Source: Macrostomum lignano (lineage: Eukaryota). Taken from it: a DNA stretch of 64,000 nucleotides. The stretch is taken from the NCBI GenBank assembly GCA_002269645.1, contig NIVC01001215.1, positions 1-64,000 of the forward strand, given 5' to 3'. The position numbers and the translations under genes were made by a program. Shown piece by piece: positions 1 to 11,849 of the stretch (the first letter of the stretch is position 1; every line of letters starts with the position of its first letter). A model generated the notes under the pieces. It saw only the letters and a program-made list of their open reading frames with translations. It did not search any database and had not been told where the DNA came from.

Positions 1-313
1 GGCTGCCGGGACTTCTTTAGTCAGAGAAAACTTGATTTATTTGCGTTCCAGCTTGCTTGATTAAATAGACTGACCGAGATGGGGGAGGGCAGGGTGAAAA
101 ACGCAGCTTAGAAAATCCTAAACCAATCGGATTTCGTCGATAGGGTAGGCACTAAGCACTCTATTGGTTGGGGCTCGTTATTCACGCGTTTTCAGCCAAT
201 CAGAAACAAAAAGAAATTTCTAGAAAAGGCTATACGCAGGGTGTGGGTGACGCAGAAAGAAATACGGAGAAAACACTAGAAGTGCACGCGCACGCAAATT
301 GAGCACTATTACA
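1..313 (-). repeat. 3' LTR of the Gypsy element (24 bp lie outside the window)
   Basis: Matches 5900-6211 apart from one A indel and about two substitutions; ends ...ATTACA on the + strand. Confidence 0.95.
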
Positions 314-316
314 AAA

Positions 317-329
317 GCTCCCCTTTCAA
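317..329 (-). promoter_or_regulatory. Polypurine tract (PPT)
   Basis: Minus strand reads GAAAGGGGAG just before the 3' LTR TGTAAT. Confidence 0.8.
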
Positions 330-578
330 CAGTTTAATGTCCTCATTAAACCCAAGGGGTGGAACGACAGATGAAAGCTACTGCTAATAGGGAAGAACAG
401 AACCAGCTGATAGCTAATAGAACAAATCGAGATAACCGGGTTTCGAACAATTAAACCTAAATCAGGATTGCCAAGCTAATAGATTAACGCTATTAAAAAG
501 TCCTAGACGTACGACCTACGAGTATATAAAGCAAAATTGTTGGCTAATACCAGTCAGTCAGCCCTCAATCTGTGTCAG

Positions 579-3500
579 TCAGTCCTCAGCGTCAACAAGT
601 TGCCCTTCATCGTCACTGGCGTCCTGATCAGAGCGTTGAGCAGACTGGGTCCGTTGCAGACACGCTCGCTTCAACTTGTTGACATGCACGACGCGCCCTT
701 TGATCTCCCCGTCCGTGTAATTGATCGGCCGCACCAAGTAGTTGACAGGTGATGTCTTGCGCATGACTTTAAATGGGCCTGTCCACGGTGATTGATGCTT
801 CGGAGGCAGACAGTTGGTCCTGGACAGCACGCAGGCGGAACGAACAGCCACACGAGGTCGCCGGTGCGAAACTTGCGCTTCTGGGCTTTCAGATTGTAGT
901 ACCGCTTCTGCCGTCGTTGAGCCGCGCCAGTTGACCTCCGCACAGTGTCAAAGGCGTCCTGCAGTCGTTGAATGGTCTCTACTGCGTACTGGCCGACGAC
1001 GGATGGAGGCTCTGGGGACCGATAGACAACGTCCAATGGCAGAACCACCTCCCGGCCCGTCATCAGGAAATGTGGGGAAAATCCGGTCGTCGCGCTGATG
1101 CTGCTTCGATAGGCTAGGAGACAGTACGGCAGGGCGTCCTCCCAGTCCAGCGGATCGACAGTTTGAAGGTGGCAGCGCAACATCTGATGGAGTGTCCGAT
1201 GAAATCTCTCCACGAGGCCGTCACATTGAGGATGATAACCCGACGTCCGAGTCTTGTCGACCCCCAATAGTGTACAGAGACTGCGAATAATGCGGCCATC
1301 GATGCTCTTGCCGCGGTCGGAGTGGAGAATATGCGGAGCACCCCACCTGGAGATCCAGTTGTTGAAGAGGGCCTTGGCAATTGTCGTCGCCTTCTCGTCC
1401 GGAATCGGCACCAGCTCCGTCCACTTGCTGAAGTAGTCGACGATGCTCAGGATCCGATCGTTGCCGTTTCTGGAAGCGCCGACCTTGACAATGTCGAACC
1501 CGACACGCTGCATTGGAAACCCTGCAGTGATGGACTGTAGCGGCGCCCGCTTGATAACCGGAGTCTTTGCCCGCTGGCAAACCTGGCATGACCGAACGGC
1601 CAACCGGACGCTCTCCGACATTTTTGGCCAGTAGCAACGCGTCTTCAGGCTGGCCAGCGTCTTGACTTCGCCCAGGTGGCCGACGTTGTGAATCTCGTCG
1701 ACAAATTCGCGTTGTCGGCAGCGGGGAATGACGGGTACTGGCTTTGTGTTGACCAGCCTGTGCAGTGCACCGTTCACGAAACACAAGTCATGCACCTTCT
1801 GCGCCAGCACCAGGCTCTCCGGCGGTACTCGGTCGCGTTGTCGGTCGGTAAACCTAGTCTTGCCGTCGGCCAGCAGTCGGAACACCGGACTGATAACCGG
1901 ATCCTGCAGCTGAAGCACACGTAGCGTCGGTGGCCTGTTGTCTGCCGCTGGCGCTGCGGATTCATCTTCGTTGGTGTCGTCCTCGCTGCTGCTGTTTTCT
2001 TCGCTGTCGTCCGACCGGGGCTGATGGATTTGCTTGCGCCTTGATGGCACAGTGCTGACGCAGACATGCACATTGTCGGTCTGAACAGCTTCGTCGGTAG
2101 CCGTCGACACTAGCTTGATGGTCGCTGCGTTGATCTGGGCGGCAGCGGCGGCATCACTGTTTGCGTCGGTCTGGCAGGCAACCGAGGATGTCGTCCTGCT
2201 GGTGGTCTCATTTGTTGGTCGACACACCCGACACTGGTTGGTACAGCGCTGCTGCTGACGGGACAGCGCATCGGCGTTGTTGTGTTGACGGCCCGGCCGA
2301 TAGAGTACTCTGAAGTCGAACTCGTCTAGCGTCTGCAGCCACCGCGCGAGTTGGCCTTCGGGCTCCTTGAATGTCAGCAGGTGCGTTAGAGACTGATGAT
2401 CGACCCGCACGGTGAACTTCCGAGGCAGCAGGTAATTCCGGAACTTCCTGACATGCTCAACGACGGACAGCAGCTCCCGCCTCGTTACACAATAGTTGCG
2501 CTCGGCTTTCGTTAGTGCTCTGCTGGAGTACGCGATGACTCGTTCTTCGCCCGCCTGCAGTTGAGAGAGTACCGCACCAATGGCGCAGTCGCTGGCGTCA
2601 GTGTCCAGAATGAACTCCGAGCTGGTCGCACTAGTATCCGGGAAGGCGAGAATCGGAGCAGAGGTCAGTGCTGCCTTCAGTTGGTCGAATGCTTCTTGGG
2701 CCTTGGGCGTCCACTGAAACCTTTCTGTCGGAACCGTCAGGCGTCGTAGCGGCTCGGCGATCTTTGAATAATCCCGAATGAACCGTCTATAGTAGGCTGC
2801 GAGACCTAGGAAGCTCTTGACCTCCTTGGAAGTTCGGGGTGTAGGCCAGTCTCGGATCGCAGCAGTCTTTGACTCGTCGACGGTGATACCCGACTTGGAA
2901 ACTCGATGGCCCAAGACGATCATCGTGGTGTTGGCGAAATGGCATTTAGATGGCTTCAAACGTAGGTTCGCGTCCCGCAGCCGCTCGAACACCGCCCGCA
3001 GCCGATAGTTGTGCTCCTCGATAGTCCGGCCCATGACAATAACGTCGTCGATGAAGACCAGGCACGCTTGCCAGGTCAGGCCTTGGAGCACCAGCTGCAT
3101 GAGGCGTTGAAAGGTTGCCGGGGCATTGCGCAGACCAAACGGCATGACGTTGAACTCGAAGAGGCCTTGATGGCAGATGAAGGCAGTTTTTTCTTTGTCG
3201 CGCTCCTCGACCTCAACCTGCCAGTAGCCACTTTCCAGATCGAGTGCCGAAAAGTAGGCGTTGCCTTGCAGCGCATCGAGTGTGTCGTCGATCCTCGGAA
3301 TTGGAAAAGCGTCCGGCTTGGTGACCTCATTGAGCAGTCGATAGTCTAAGCAAAAGCGCGCTGTCCCGTCCTTCTTACGAACAAGCACGATTGGCGAAGC
3401 CCAAGGCGATGAAGACGGCCGGATTACTCCCTTGGTCAGCATGTCGTCGATCAATTCGGCCTGCTTGTCGATGACTGGACGCGCTGCACGCCGCAAACCC

Positions 3501-4785
3501 TGCCGGATCGGCCTTGCCCCGCCGGTGTCGATGCGATGCTGCAGGACTGCAGTTCGACCAGCGTTGCCAGGGGATGCAAAAACGGTGCTGAACTCTAACA
3601 GCAGATCCTTGACCGACTGTTGCTCTTCGACGGAGATGGAGCTTTCGATGTGCACGTCGTTCAACCAGTCGGTGCGAGGTAACTCTGTCGCTAAAGCTGT
3701 TGTTGATGTAGCCGTGCTGCCCGCGACCGTCGCCATCGTGCTGCCAATGGCCGTCGCCGCCGTGCTGCCAGCGGCCGTCGCCGCCGTGCTGCCAGCGGCC
3801 GTCGCCGCCGTGCTGCCAGCGGCCGTCGCCGCCGTGCTGCCAGCGGCCGTCGCCGCCGTGCTGCCAGCGGCTGTCGCCGCCGTGCTGCCAGCGGCCGTCG
3901 CCGCCGTGCTGCCAGTGGCCGTCGCCGCCGTGCTGCCAGCGGCCGTCGCCGCCGTGCTGCCAGCGGCCGTCGCCGCCGTGCTGCCAGCGGCCGTCGCCGC
4001 CGTGCTGCCAGCGGCACCCGATTGCTGAACGAATGGCTGACTTCCTAACGGGGAAAAGATGCCAACAATGTCGCCGTCGCTGATGTTGACCGTGTGGTCG
4101 TCGACGTTGATGACTGCTAGGCCCATGCCTCTCTCGACCAGCTTGGCAACACAACGACCCACAAGGAGCCCCTGTGATCTTGTGCCGGTGACGACTCCTG
4201 GACACTCCGATCGCGTCCACGAGGCCGACTTTGCTGGTTTAACGGGGATTATCCAGCGCTCCCCTGGCTGCAGCTGCACGGAGGCCGCTGATACGAGCTT
4301 GCAGGTCTGTGCTGCCTCTTTACTTTTTCGAGCTGGAATCGACACGCCTAGGCTGTTGAAAGTGATGCAACCGGCTTGGAGATGGACCGAGACGTCGTGT
4401 TCACTGAGGAAGTCACAGCCCAGGATGACGGACGTCGGGTGAAGCTTCTCGAGTACGACGAAACGATGATGGACTTGTACGGTTCCCAGAGTCACTGCCA
4501 AAGTAGTCTCGCCCAGCACAGACTGTAGGTTGCCATCCACGCCTCTTACGATGATGCTGCTGGGCTGCAGCCGCCGCCTAGCTTTCTTACATATGTCATC
4601 GCTGATGCAGGACACCTCTGCCCGGTGTCGATCAGACAGTGGCGCCGTCGTCTAAGGATGCGCGCTGTGACGAAGCGCACCTGGCCAGGCTGGCAGCTGC
4701 TGAGGCGTGGTGTTGAGGCCGAATGCGTTAGTGCTGAGAGGGCCGGTGCTGGCCTCGTGAACCAGCCCCCTCGGCGTTTGGGCAA
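579..4785 (-). CDS. Gypsy Pol (aspartic protease, RT, RNase H, integrase with GPF tail), split by two single-base frameshifts (~4622, ~805)
   Basis: LIDTG (ORF 4546-4785) continues into VSCISDD (ORF 671-4615); RT FCLDYR...FIDD; RNase H DTDAS..IGAVL; integrase H-H-C-C and D-D-E; tail PWTGPFKV...VVHVNKLK in ORF 579-851. Confidence 0.93.
3705..4013 (-). repeat. 24-bp in-frame tandem repeat inside pol (AGSTAATA x11 plus 2 degenerate units)
   Basis: gccgccgtgctgccagcggccgtc units read directly. Confidence 0.97.
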
Positions 4786-5851
4786 TTGCGTCGGATGTGG
4801 CCCGGCTGACCGCAGCCGAAACAGTTGGAACTAGCCGGTGATTGCTGTCGTTGCTGTCCTCGACCGCCAGATGAGGCAGGCTGCTGAGGCATTAGTGGTT
4901 TCGGTGGCGCTGAAATTTGGCTCTGTGGTGGTCTCGGTTGCTGGGGCTGGATTTCGCCACGGCCAGCATCCATGTAGGCCCGGGTTTCTCGAAGCTGCTG
5001 GGCTATTCGTAGAACCTGCTCCACCGTGCTTGGTGGTGTTGGTTGATTCAGTAGTCGCTCGGTGACGTAGCCGTCATTGAGACCATGCATGAACTGCTCG
5101 CTAACTGTCTGTTGGACGTAAGCCTGAGCTCTTGGGTCCGGGTATGCCCTTGCAGCTAGCCGTTGAAGCTCCGTCAGGTACGTTTCGAAGCTCTCCTCTG
5201 GTCGACGCTGCCGAGCACGGAACTCGCGGCGAAGTAGCGCTGCACTCTTGGCCCCGCCGTGACGAGACCGGAGGTGTTCAACGAGGCCCTCATAGCGGAC
5301 ACCAGGTAGCTGGTCCAGGGTTGTCCCCGGTGGCAGTCCGACGTAGGCACACTGGATCGCCAGCCAGGTGGTGTACGTTGCAAAGGCCGGTCCGAGGAAC
5401 GCAGTCAGGGTGTTGATCTTGTCGGCGTCTCGAATGCCTGGGAACCGGCTAATATAGGCGCTGATCCTGATGAGAAAGTCGTCGAAATCCTCCCGACCGT
5501 TGTACGGTGCAGGCTTAGGTACTGGCGGAAGAGCCGGTCCGGGATTGTAGTCTGGCAGCGCTGCGTATCCATGAGCTGGAGGATAGGCGTACTGCTGAAT
5601 TGCTGAGGCCTGCCCTGACGCTTGGTCGATGTCTTCAAGGAACGGGTTGGTTGAGACTTCCGCCGGGTGTGCCCTCTGAAGGTCGTTGGCAACGAGGAAG
5701 GGATTTGTGGCTTCGCTGACTGTGGACATCGACACGAAGGGTTGGACGCGTTCGTAGACTCTGTAGAAACGGAAGCTGCCTCGTCGCCTGCGTTGCGCCG
5801 TCGCTCGACGAGACGTCCACGTAGTTCCAGGTAGTCGTCGTTATTCCACAT
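4728..5851 (-). CDS. Gypsy Gag with CCHC zinc knuckle; N-terminus probably starts at MWNNDDY, with a frameshift at ~5740
   Basis: PAPYNGREDFDDF capsid start and CFGCGQPGHIRRNC; one extra C at 5739-5741 joins ORF 5405-5875 to ORF 4728-5735. Confidence 0.88.
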
Positions 5852-5859
5852 GTGGAAAA

Positions 5860-5874
5860 CTGGCGTGGTCGCCA
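5860..5874 (-). promoter_or_regulatory. Primer-binding site TGGCGACCACG (tRNA-Arg-like by inference)
   Basis: Lies 1 nt inside the 5' LTR end; TGG complements tRNA CCA. Confidence 0.8.
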
Positions 5875-5875
5875 A

Positions 5876-6211
5876 TGTAGCCGCGTATTCTTGAGTTTGG
5901 GCTGCCGGGACTTCTTTAGTCAGAGAAAACTTGATTTATTTGCGTTCCAGCTTGCTTGATTAAATAGACTGACCGAGATGGGGGAGGGCAGGGTGAAAAA
6001 CGCAGCTTAGAAAATCCTAACCAATCGGATTTCGTCGATAGGGTAGGCACTAAGCACTCTATTGGTTGGGGCTCGTTATTCACGCGTTTTCAGCCAATCA
6101 GAAACAAAAAGAAATTTCTAGAAAAGGCTATACGCAGGGGTGGGGTGACGCAGAAAGAAATACGGAGAAAACACTAGAAGTGCACGCGCACGCAAATTGA
6201 GCACTATTACA
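5876..6211 (-). repeat. 5' LTR (336 bp, TG...CA)
   Basis: TGTAG...ATTACA; direct repeat of 1-313. Confidence 0.95.
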
Positions 6212-7016
6212 TAAGTGTTAGTAGACGAGTTTTTTTCACGAAATTCGAATCAGCCATTAATTCATAAGATTTGAATATCCTATAAAGGCGCTCGAGTTGT
6301 TACTGGGAAAGCTAATTTAAAAATCTATTTGCTGTAAATTTTGCTTTGCATTACCAAAAATCCAACTGTAATAATTTAGAATCTGTGGAAGCCTTAACTA
6401 ATTATTTAGACTAGCCTAGGTAGGGTAGGGGCTTCAGCCTTCAATGAACGCTTTAACTATTTGCTATCTATTCCTATGAGTATGAGCACGATTTCAGTCA
6501 TTTTGTAGTAGTTTTATTGGCATTAGAAAAAAGCCTGGTAGGTCTATTCCTGACCATATTTAAAGTGGCATAGTATGCATTAGAAAACAAATTTAGGAGG
6601 ACAATCTGTACTGTATGCCAATGCCATCTGTGTGTTGTTTCTGTGCCCTAACACATTCACATACTGCCATGACTTCAAAATAGCTCAGTTGCCTGGTTTT
6701 TATTTACTTATTTACTTATCTACTTTCTAATTCTGTTAGAAATTACAGAATTATTATGCCTATGCATAGGCATAAGGTAGGGCAGGCCTAGCCTTTGCCA
6801 TAGAAAATTCTAGCATATAAGGGTCCCTATTGATAATGTAATAATTGACTAGGCATATAATCATATAGTACACTAAGGTCCCAGGTATGGGATTTGGATG
6901 TCATCACTGTCTATTTCCTTCATCTATTAATAATGGATAAACATTTTTTATTATTATTAAAGTAGGCAATAACTACTGGCTACTGCCTGCAGACTTAAAA
7001 TTGTATTTGCAGAGAG

Positions 7017-7215
7017 CAGTGGCACAATCAGGGGGGTGGGAGGTGGTTGCCCCCCTTAGAATGTTAGATGGAGATTGGAGACCCAAATAAAAAATCAAAG
7101 GGGGGACCAAGTGAATTTTTGCCATAAACAGAGCCACCCCTCTGCCTCCCATCTAGGGACTTTACCCTCCAAAATCTGCCCTTCCCCCCTAAAAAAAATT
7201 CTGGTTGCACAACTG
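7017..7215. mobile_element. Degenerate hAT-type MITE
   Basis: Imperfect TIRs CAGTGGCACAATCAG / CTGGTTGCACAACTG; flanks gcagagag and gcaaaaag match at 6 of 8 positions (old TSD). Confidence 0.55.
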
Positions 7216-8313
7216 GCAAAAAGCAAAAAGTTATTACAAGTGTGTCCACACAATCAGGTTAAATAGGCCAACCTATTAGTTAATCAACCTAACTCCTATG
7301 TAGATCAAGGTAGGTGGATAAACTCCTCTCTAGGGTTAGTGGTACATAGATGTGGCGTGATGAGAGGTGGGTGCAGGGGCACCTATCCTAAATGGCTATT
7401 TTTAGGTGCACTTGCACTTGTTTGCTACAGTATATTAATTAGACTAAGGCCTAAATCAAAAACTAAATAAACTAAATTAATTTGCCTTAATTGCAATTAA
7501 AAATTGCTTTAGTTTGTTAATGCAATGTAGTATAATTTAAAAAGCTAATTTTATCAATTTTGTCTCTTTCATTTTTATTAACTTTATTTTAAAATATAGA
7601 CATAGCTTGCAATAAAATTTTTGTTAATATTCTATTGTTCAATTTAAAATTTATGGTATATATATTATATAGCAATATAGGCCCTAAGCAAGTCTAAATA
7701 TTATTAGAAGTGTCACAAGATCTTGACTAAATAAGATTCAAGATAATATTTTGACATTTTTTAACACAAGAAATCTCAAATTCCTTCATTAAAAATTTAA
7801 GGAAGGGTTTAAAAACTTTTTAATGGCACATAGATTGTTCAAAAATTATTCTGGTATATGCCATCTTCCTAACCATGGCCCTAATCTATATAGTGACACT
7901 TATATATGTACTTGTAGAAATTTAATATATAAGTATTGATTTTGTTTTAAAATACTCTTTATATATGCATATACTAGTTTCCTTGGCAAAGGCTACCTTC
8001 TTGACTATAGGGTCCCTATGCACATTTTAAATCTTTTTAAGCAAAATCAAGTTTTTTAGCATTTTTCTTAAGATATCATTTGATAAATAATTTTAGGTCC
8101 ATATTTTCTTTAGAGAAATGAAAGTATAATTTTTTTATTAAATATTTTTTTCTTCTAGGTTATAGAAGAAAAAAATCTTGATAGTATACCTATTTGATAA
8201 AAAGTATTATTAAATTTTTAATGTTATGTTGTTTATTTCTATCAATATTTTAAATTGATAAAATAATTTTTTGGTTTAAAAGTAAATAACATTTACCTAA
8301 ATATCATTATAAT

Positions 8314-8579
8314 CATACATGCGCAACTGCTGGCCGACCTGGCCGATCTGGCCACCGTAAATTGTGGTGGACCAGGGGTAAGTCGCAAAAATGCCCAGCC
8401 TATAGAATACAGACGTAGTACTAATTAGATGACGAGGCATTTAGCCCTTATAAGACAGTCATAGTTACTCCTGCCGTTTACCCAAAATTGCGTTAGGGTT
8501 TCTTTCACAGGTAAGTCGCATTTTTGGTCAAAAAGTAAGTCGCATGGCCAGTGTAAATCAGGGGGGTTGCGCATGTATG
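8314..8579. mobile_element. hAT-type MITE (266 bp) carrying a 28S rRNA-like fragment
   Basis: Perfect 14-bp TIRs CATACATGCGCAAC / GTTGCGCATGTATG; 8-bp TSD ATTATAAT on both sides; three internal GTAAGTCGCA repeats. Confidence 0.85.
8420..8483 (-). other. 64-bp degenerate fragment of eukaryotic 28S rRNA (helix 69-71 region); not an rRNA gene
   Basis: 56 of 64 positions match the conserved GGGTAAACGGCGGGAGTAACTATGACTCTCTTAAGGTAGCCAAATGCCTCGTCATCTAATTAGT as recalled. Confidence 0.85.
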
Positions 8580-9187
8580 ATTATAATGGTCTATTTTGTC
8601 TTACTATCGTCTCAAGGGTTGAATAGGATCAACTTATTAAGAACAATAAAAACCTAAAAAAGTGTAGTTATAAATTCTTGAACATACAATTAATCTAAAT
8701 AAATATAGATTTTTTATTAAAGTATTTAGTTTGTTAGACCTACCCATAAAAGTTCATTTGAGATCTTATACTATCTTAGTATTTATTAGATTAATAACTT
8801 TTTATTTAAGATCTAAAAATTTCTATTTTTACCCAGCAAAAGTTATTAAACCAAAGGCAAAGTGCAATAACCTTCTAGACAACCTGGTAGAATACTTTTA
8901 TAGAACTATTCATTTATTATAAATTTATATTTAATAAAGAATTCAATTTTTATCCATAAAGTGTCAGATCATTTTGGCATTTTAATGTAAAAAAATACTG
9001 GATACATAATCAGAACCCATGTATATGATCAATCGATAGTAATCTGTAGATCAGTGAATTTTTATGCCTTCAATTAAATTGAATGTGTGCTCGAGTAGGA
9101 CTGTGTTGCTTTCTGACTTAACCTGACCTAAACACAAGTAATGCATTTCGAACTGCACCGCAGCTACCTGCCGCTCCCAGCCCGCCA

Positions 9188-11849
9188 ATGTCCTTGCCAA
9201 CGCTCGCCCAGGCTGCGGCCGGGCATCCCCCAGACGGCGACGATGAAGAAGAGCAGCTGGACTTTGTCGATGACGTGCCCCGGGAGGCTCCGCAAGCGGC
9301 GCCAGCGGCTGTCCAAGTCGCGGAAGACGACGGCGAGGCGTCCGACTCGAGCGTCAGCGATGGCGAAGTTCGCACCAGCGACGAGGAAGGCGAAGTCCGC
9401 GGTGACGGCTCCAAGGACTTCGAGGAGGGCGAGGTGCTGTCTGAGGACGAGGCGGCCGCCGCCGCTGCTGCTGCTGCCTCGGCTGCCGCCGCGGTGGAGG
9501 AGGAGGAGGTGGCGCCGGTGGCCGCAGACGCTGCTGCGACGGCCGAGTCGGCAGAGGCCTCGAAGCCGGAGACACCATGGGAGAAGGCGCTGCGCATTGC
9601 TCGCGAGCGCCGCGCCAAGGCGCAGGAGCGGCGTGCCATGGAGGCGGAGGCCTTCAAGGAGAAGAAGCTGAACCTGCCGGCAGCCAGAGATGAAGCCCTG
9701 GCCAAGCAGCTGTCGGCCGCCACCACCTTGACACCGAAGCCGAAGCCGGCACCACCGCCGCCGGCTCCTCCGCAGCCTCCGCAGCAGAAGGCGCCGCCAG
9801 CCTCAAAAAAGAAGCCCGCGCCGCGCCTGCCGACCGCACTGGTGGCCCGGCCGGAGCCGGAGCCCATGTTCTGTGAGTACTACCAGGCCGCTGCCGAGGA
9901 CCTCAAGCGGAAACGCTTCCTACCCAGAGACATCGACGATGTCGGTGAGGACAACGGGGACTCTGCCGCAGCCGAGGCCGCTGCCGGTGCTGCCGCTGCA
10001 CTGGCAGCTGCTGAGGAGAAGGTGAGGCCCCATTTCGCTGGATCTGTGTCAAAAACAGCCGCACCTATAGGCAAACTGTAGAAGTGCAAGGAGCTGAATT
10101 AATACTGCTGGCCAGAGTTGCTGACCTTCATTTTTATAAGATCGATCTTATTGCCCGCTTTCACGACCCGCTTCCGCAGGAGGAGGACATCGAGTACTAT
10201 AGAGACGTGTTCCGCGAAGTCCAGGAGACCCGGCGGTGGCGCCGTGAAATGGAGAAGCGGCAGCGAGAAGCCGCCGCTGCTGCCGCCAGCGCCCGCGCTG
10301 AAGCATCTGGCGGCCCGGATGCCGCTGCTTCAGGAGCGCCGACCGGTGGCCGCCACCACCGCCAGCCGCAGCAGCCACCGCACAGGCGACACCGCCGCGG
10401 TGAGAACGGTGACGGTCACGACGGCACCGGCCCACCGCCGGAGTCTGGCTGGCAACGGCGTGGTCGTCCGCGGCCTCCAGGAGACTCTGGCGGAGGACCA
10501 GCGGCCTGGGTGGACCCCTGGGACCGCAACCGCGCCGCTCAGCAGCGCCGGCGTCGCCAGGGCGCCTCCTCGGACTCCAGCAGCGGCTCCTCCTCGTCCT
10601 CGCGCTCCCGCCGCTCCTCGTCCTCCTCTTCCTCCTCCTCCGGCTCCTCCTCTTCCTCCTCGTCGGCGGCCTCCTCCGAGCGGGGCCGCGGCCCGCAACG
10701 CTGGAAAGAACGGCCGCCGCCGCCCGCGTCGGCTCAACCAGAGCGTCGCCCGCTGCCGGCTGCCTACAGAGACGGCGCCGTCGGCAATGCCGCTGAGACG
10801 GCTGCAGCAACTGACGGCGCAGAACGGCCGATGCCACCGTCACGCCGCCGCACGGACTCGGCCAGCTCTGCGTCTTCTAGCTCATCCTCGTCCTCGTCAT
10901 CGTCGTCTTCATCTGGCGGCTCCTCGTCCAGCTCCGCTGATTCCTCGTCGTCCTCTGCAGAGAACAGCGACGGCGAGCAGCGGCGTCAGAAGCAGAAGCC
11001 GGCAACGCCGCATGCCGACGGCCAACCGCCCGCCATTGCTGGCCACGTGGGCGGGAAGCTCCGCTCGCACGCTGTCCTTCCGCCGCCGCCTCCGTCATCG
11101 ACCGCTGTGCCACCGCCAGATCAAAGGAGGCCACCGCCAGATCAAAGGAGGCCGCCGCTAGAGCAGCAACGGAAGCGCCGGCCGAGCTCCTCTGAGGTGG
11201 CTGAGGCGGGGAAGCGCCAGCGGCCTGCGGAGCCAAGCGAGTCTAGAAAATGTGAGACCCCCGCCTTGTCCGGGCTTTGCTAAACTCTAAATTGGCCTGT
11301 TTTCTTTAGCTTAGTAGTGATGCAGAATCTTAGTAGTGAGCCTGACTCGTACAACTTTGATCTCGTGCACAAATATTTGGCGTGCAACTCTCACCCATAG
11401 GGCGAACCTCACAGAGTATGTACAGGCCTAACGGAAAGAAAGTCTGTGCCGTACACCCTGTGTGCCTGCTCTGGGAATAGATAATGACTACTTGCGTCTC
11501 TGCAAGCTAACAATCATGTGATAATAATGGCCTGGGTGATGAGAATAATGTATAATAAATCATGTAATTGAAGCAGTTCAGCCAGGCATTAGACACGATT
11601 TTTTAACTTACTCAAACCCGTTCGTTTTTGCCTCTGCCACCCGCAGCCCGGACACACGACTCTCGGGAGCCGCGGCCGTCGCGTCCAACGCCCAGCAAAG
11701 ATTCCGGCACGGAGGCCTCTGGCAAGAAGCGGTCCTCCACGGCGCTGTCTCGCAAGGAGCAGCTGTTGGAGCAGCTGAAGGCCGTTGAAGACGCCATCAA
11801 CAAGAAGCGGGCCAAAATGGATGCCAGCGGGCAGAAGTCCGTGACCTGA
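9188..11849 (+). CDS. ZC3H18: ZC3H18/NHN1-like protein; exons 9188-10021, 10180-11251, 11647-11849 (an upstream exon is possible via the acceptor near 9162)
   Basis: EEGEV acidic motifs, PWEKALR motif, Ser/Arg-rich middle, C-terminus EQLLEQLKAVEDAINKKRAK like the ZC3H18 C-terminus; GT-AG introns with consistent phases. Confidence 0.8.

Larger units (their letters stand above)
1..6211 (-). mobile_element. Ty3/Gypsy LTR retrotransposon, near-intact; 3' LTR cut by the window edge
   Basis: Two near-identical LTRs (1-313 and 5876-6211), PBS and PPT, gag with CCHC knuckle, pol in PR-RT-RNaseH-IN order. Confidence 0.97.

Noticed and set aside
8420-8483. Functional rRNA gene
   Set aside because: Only 64 bp, inside a MITE, with no flanking rDNA
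9118-11236. Antisense and alternate-frame ORFs over the ZC3H18-like gene
   Set aside because: Shadow ORFs of GC-rich low-complexity coding sequence
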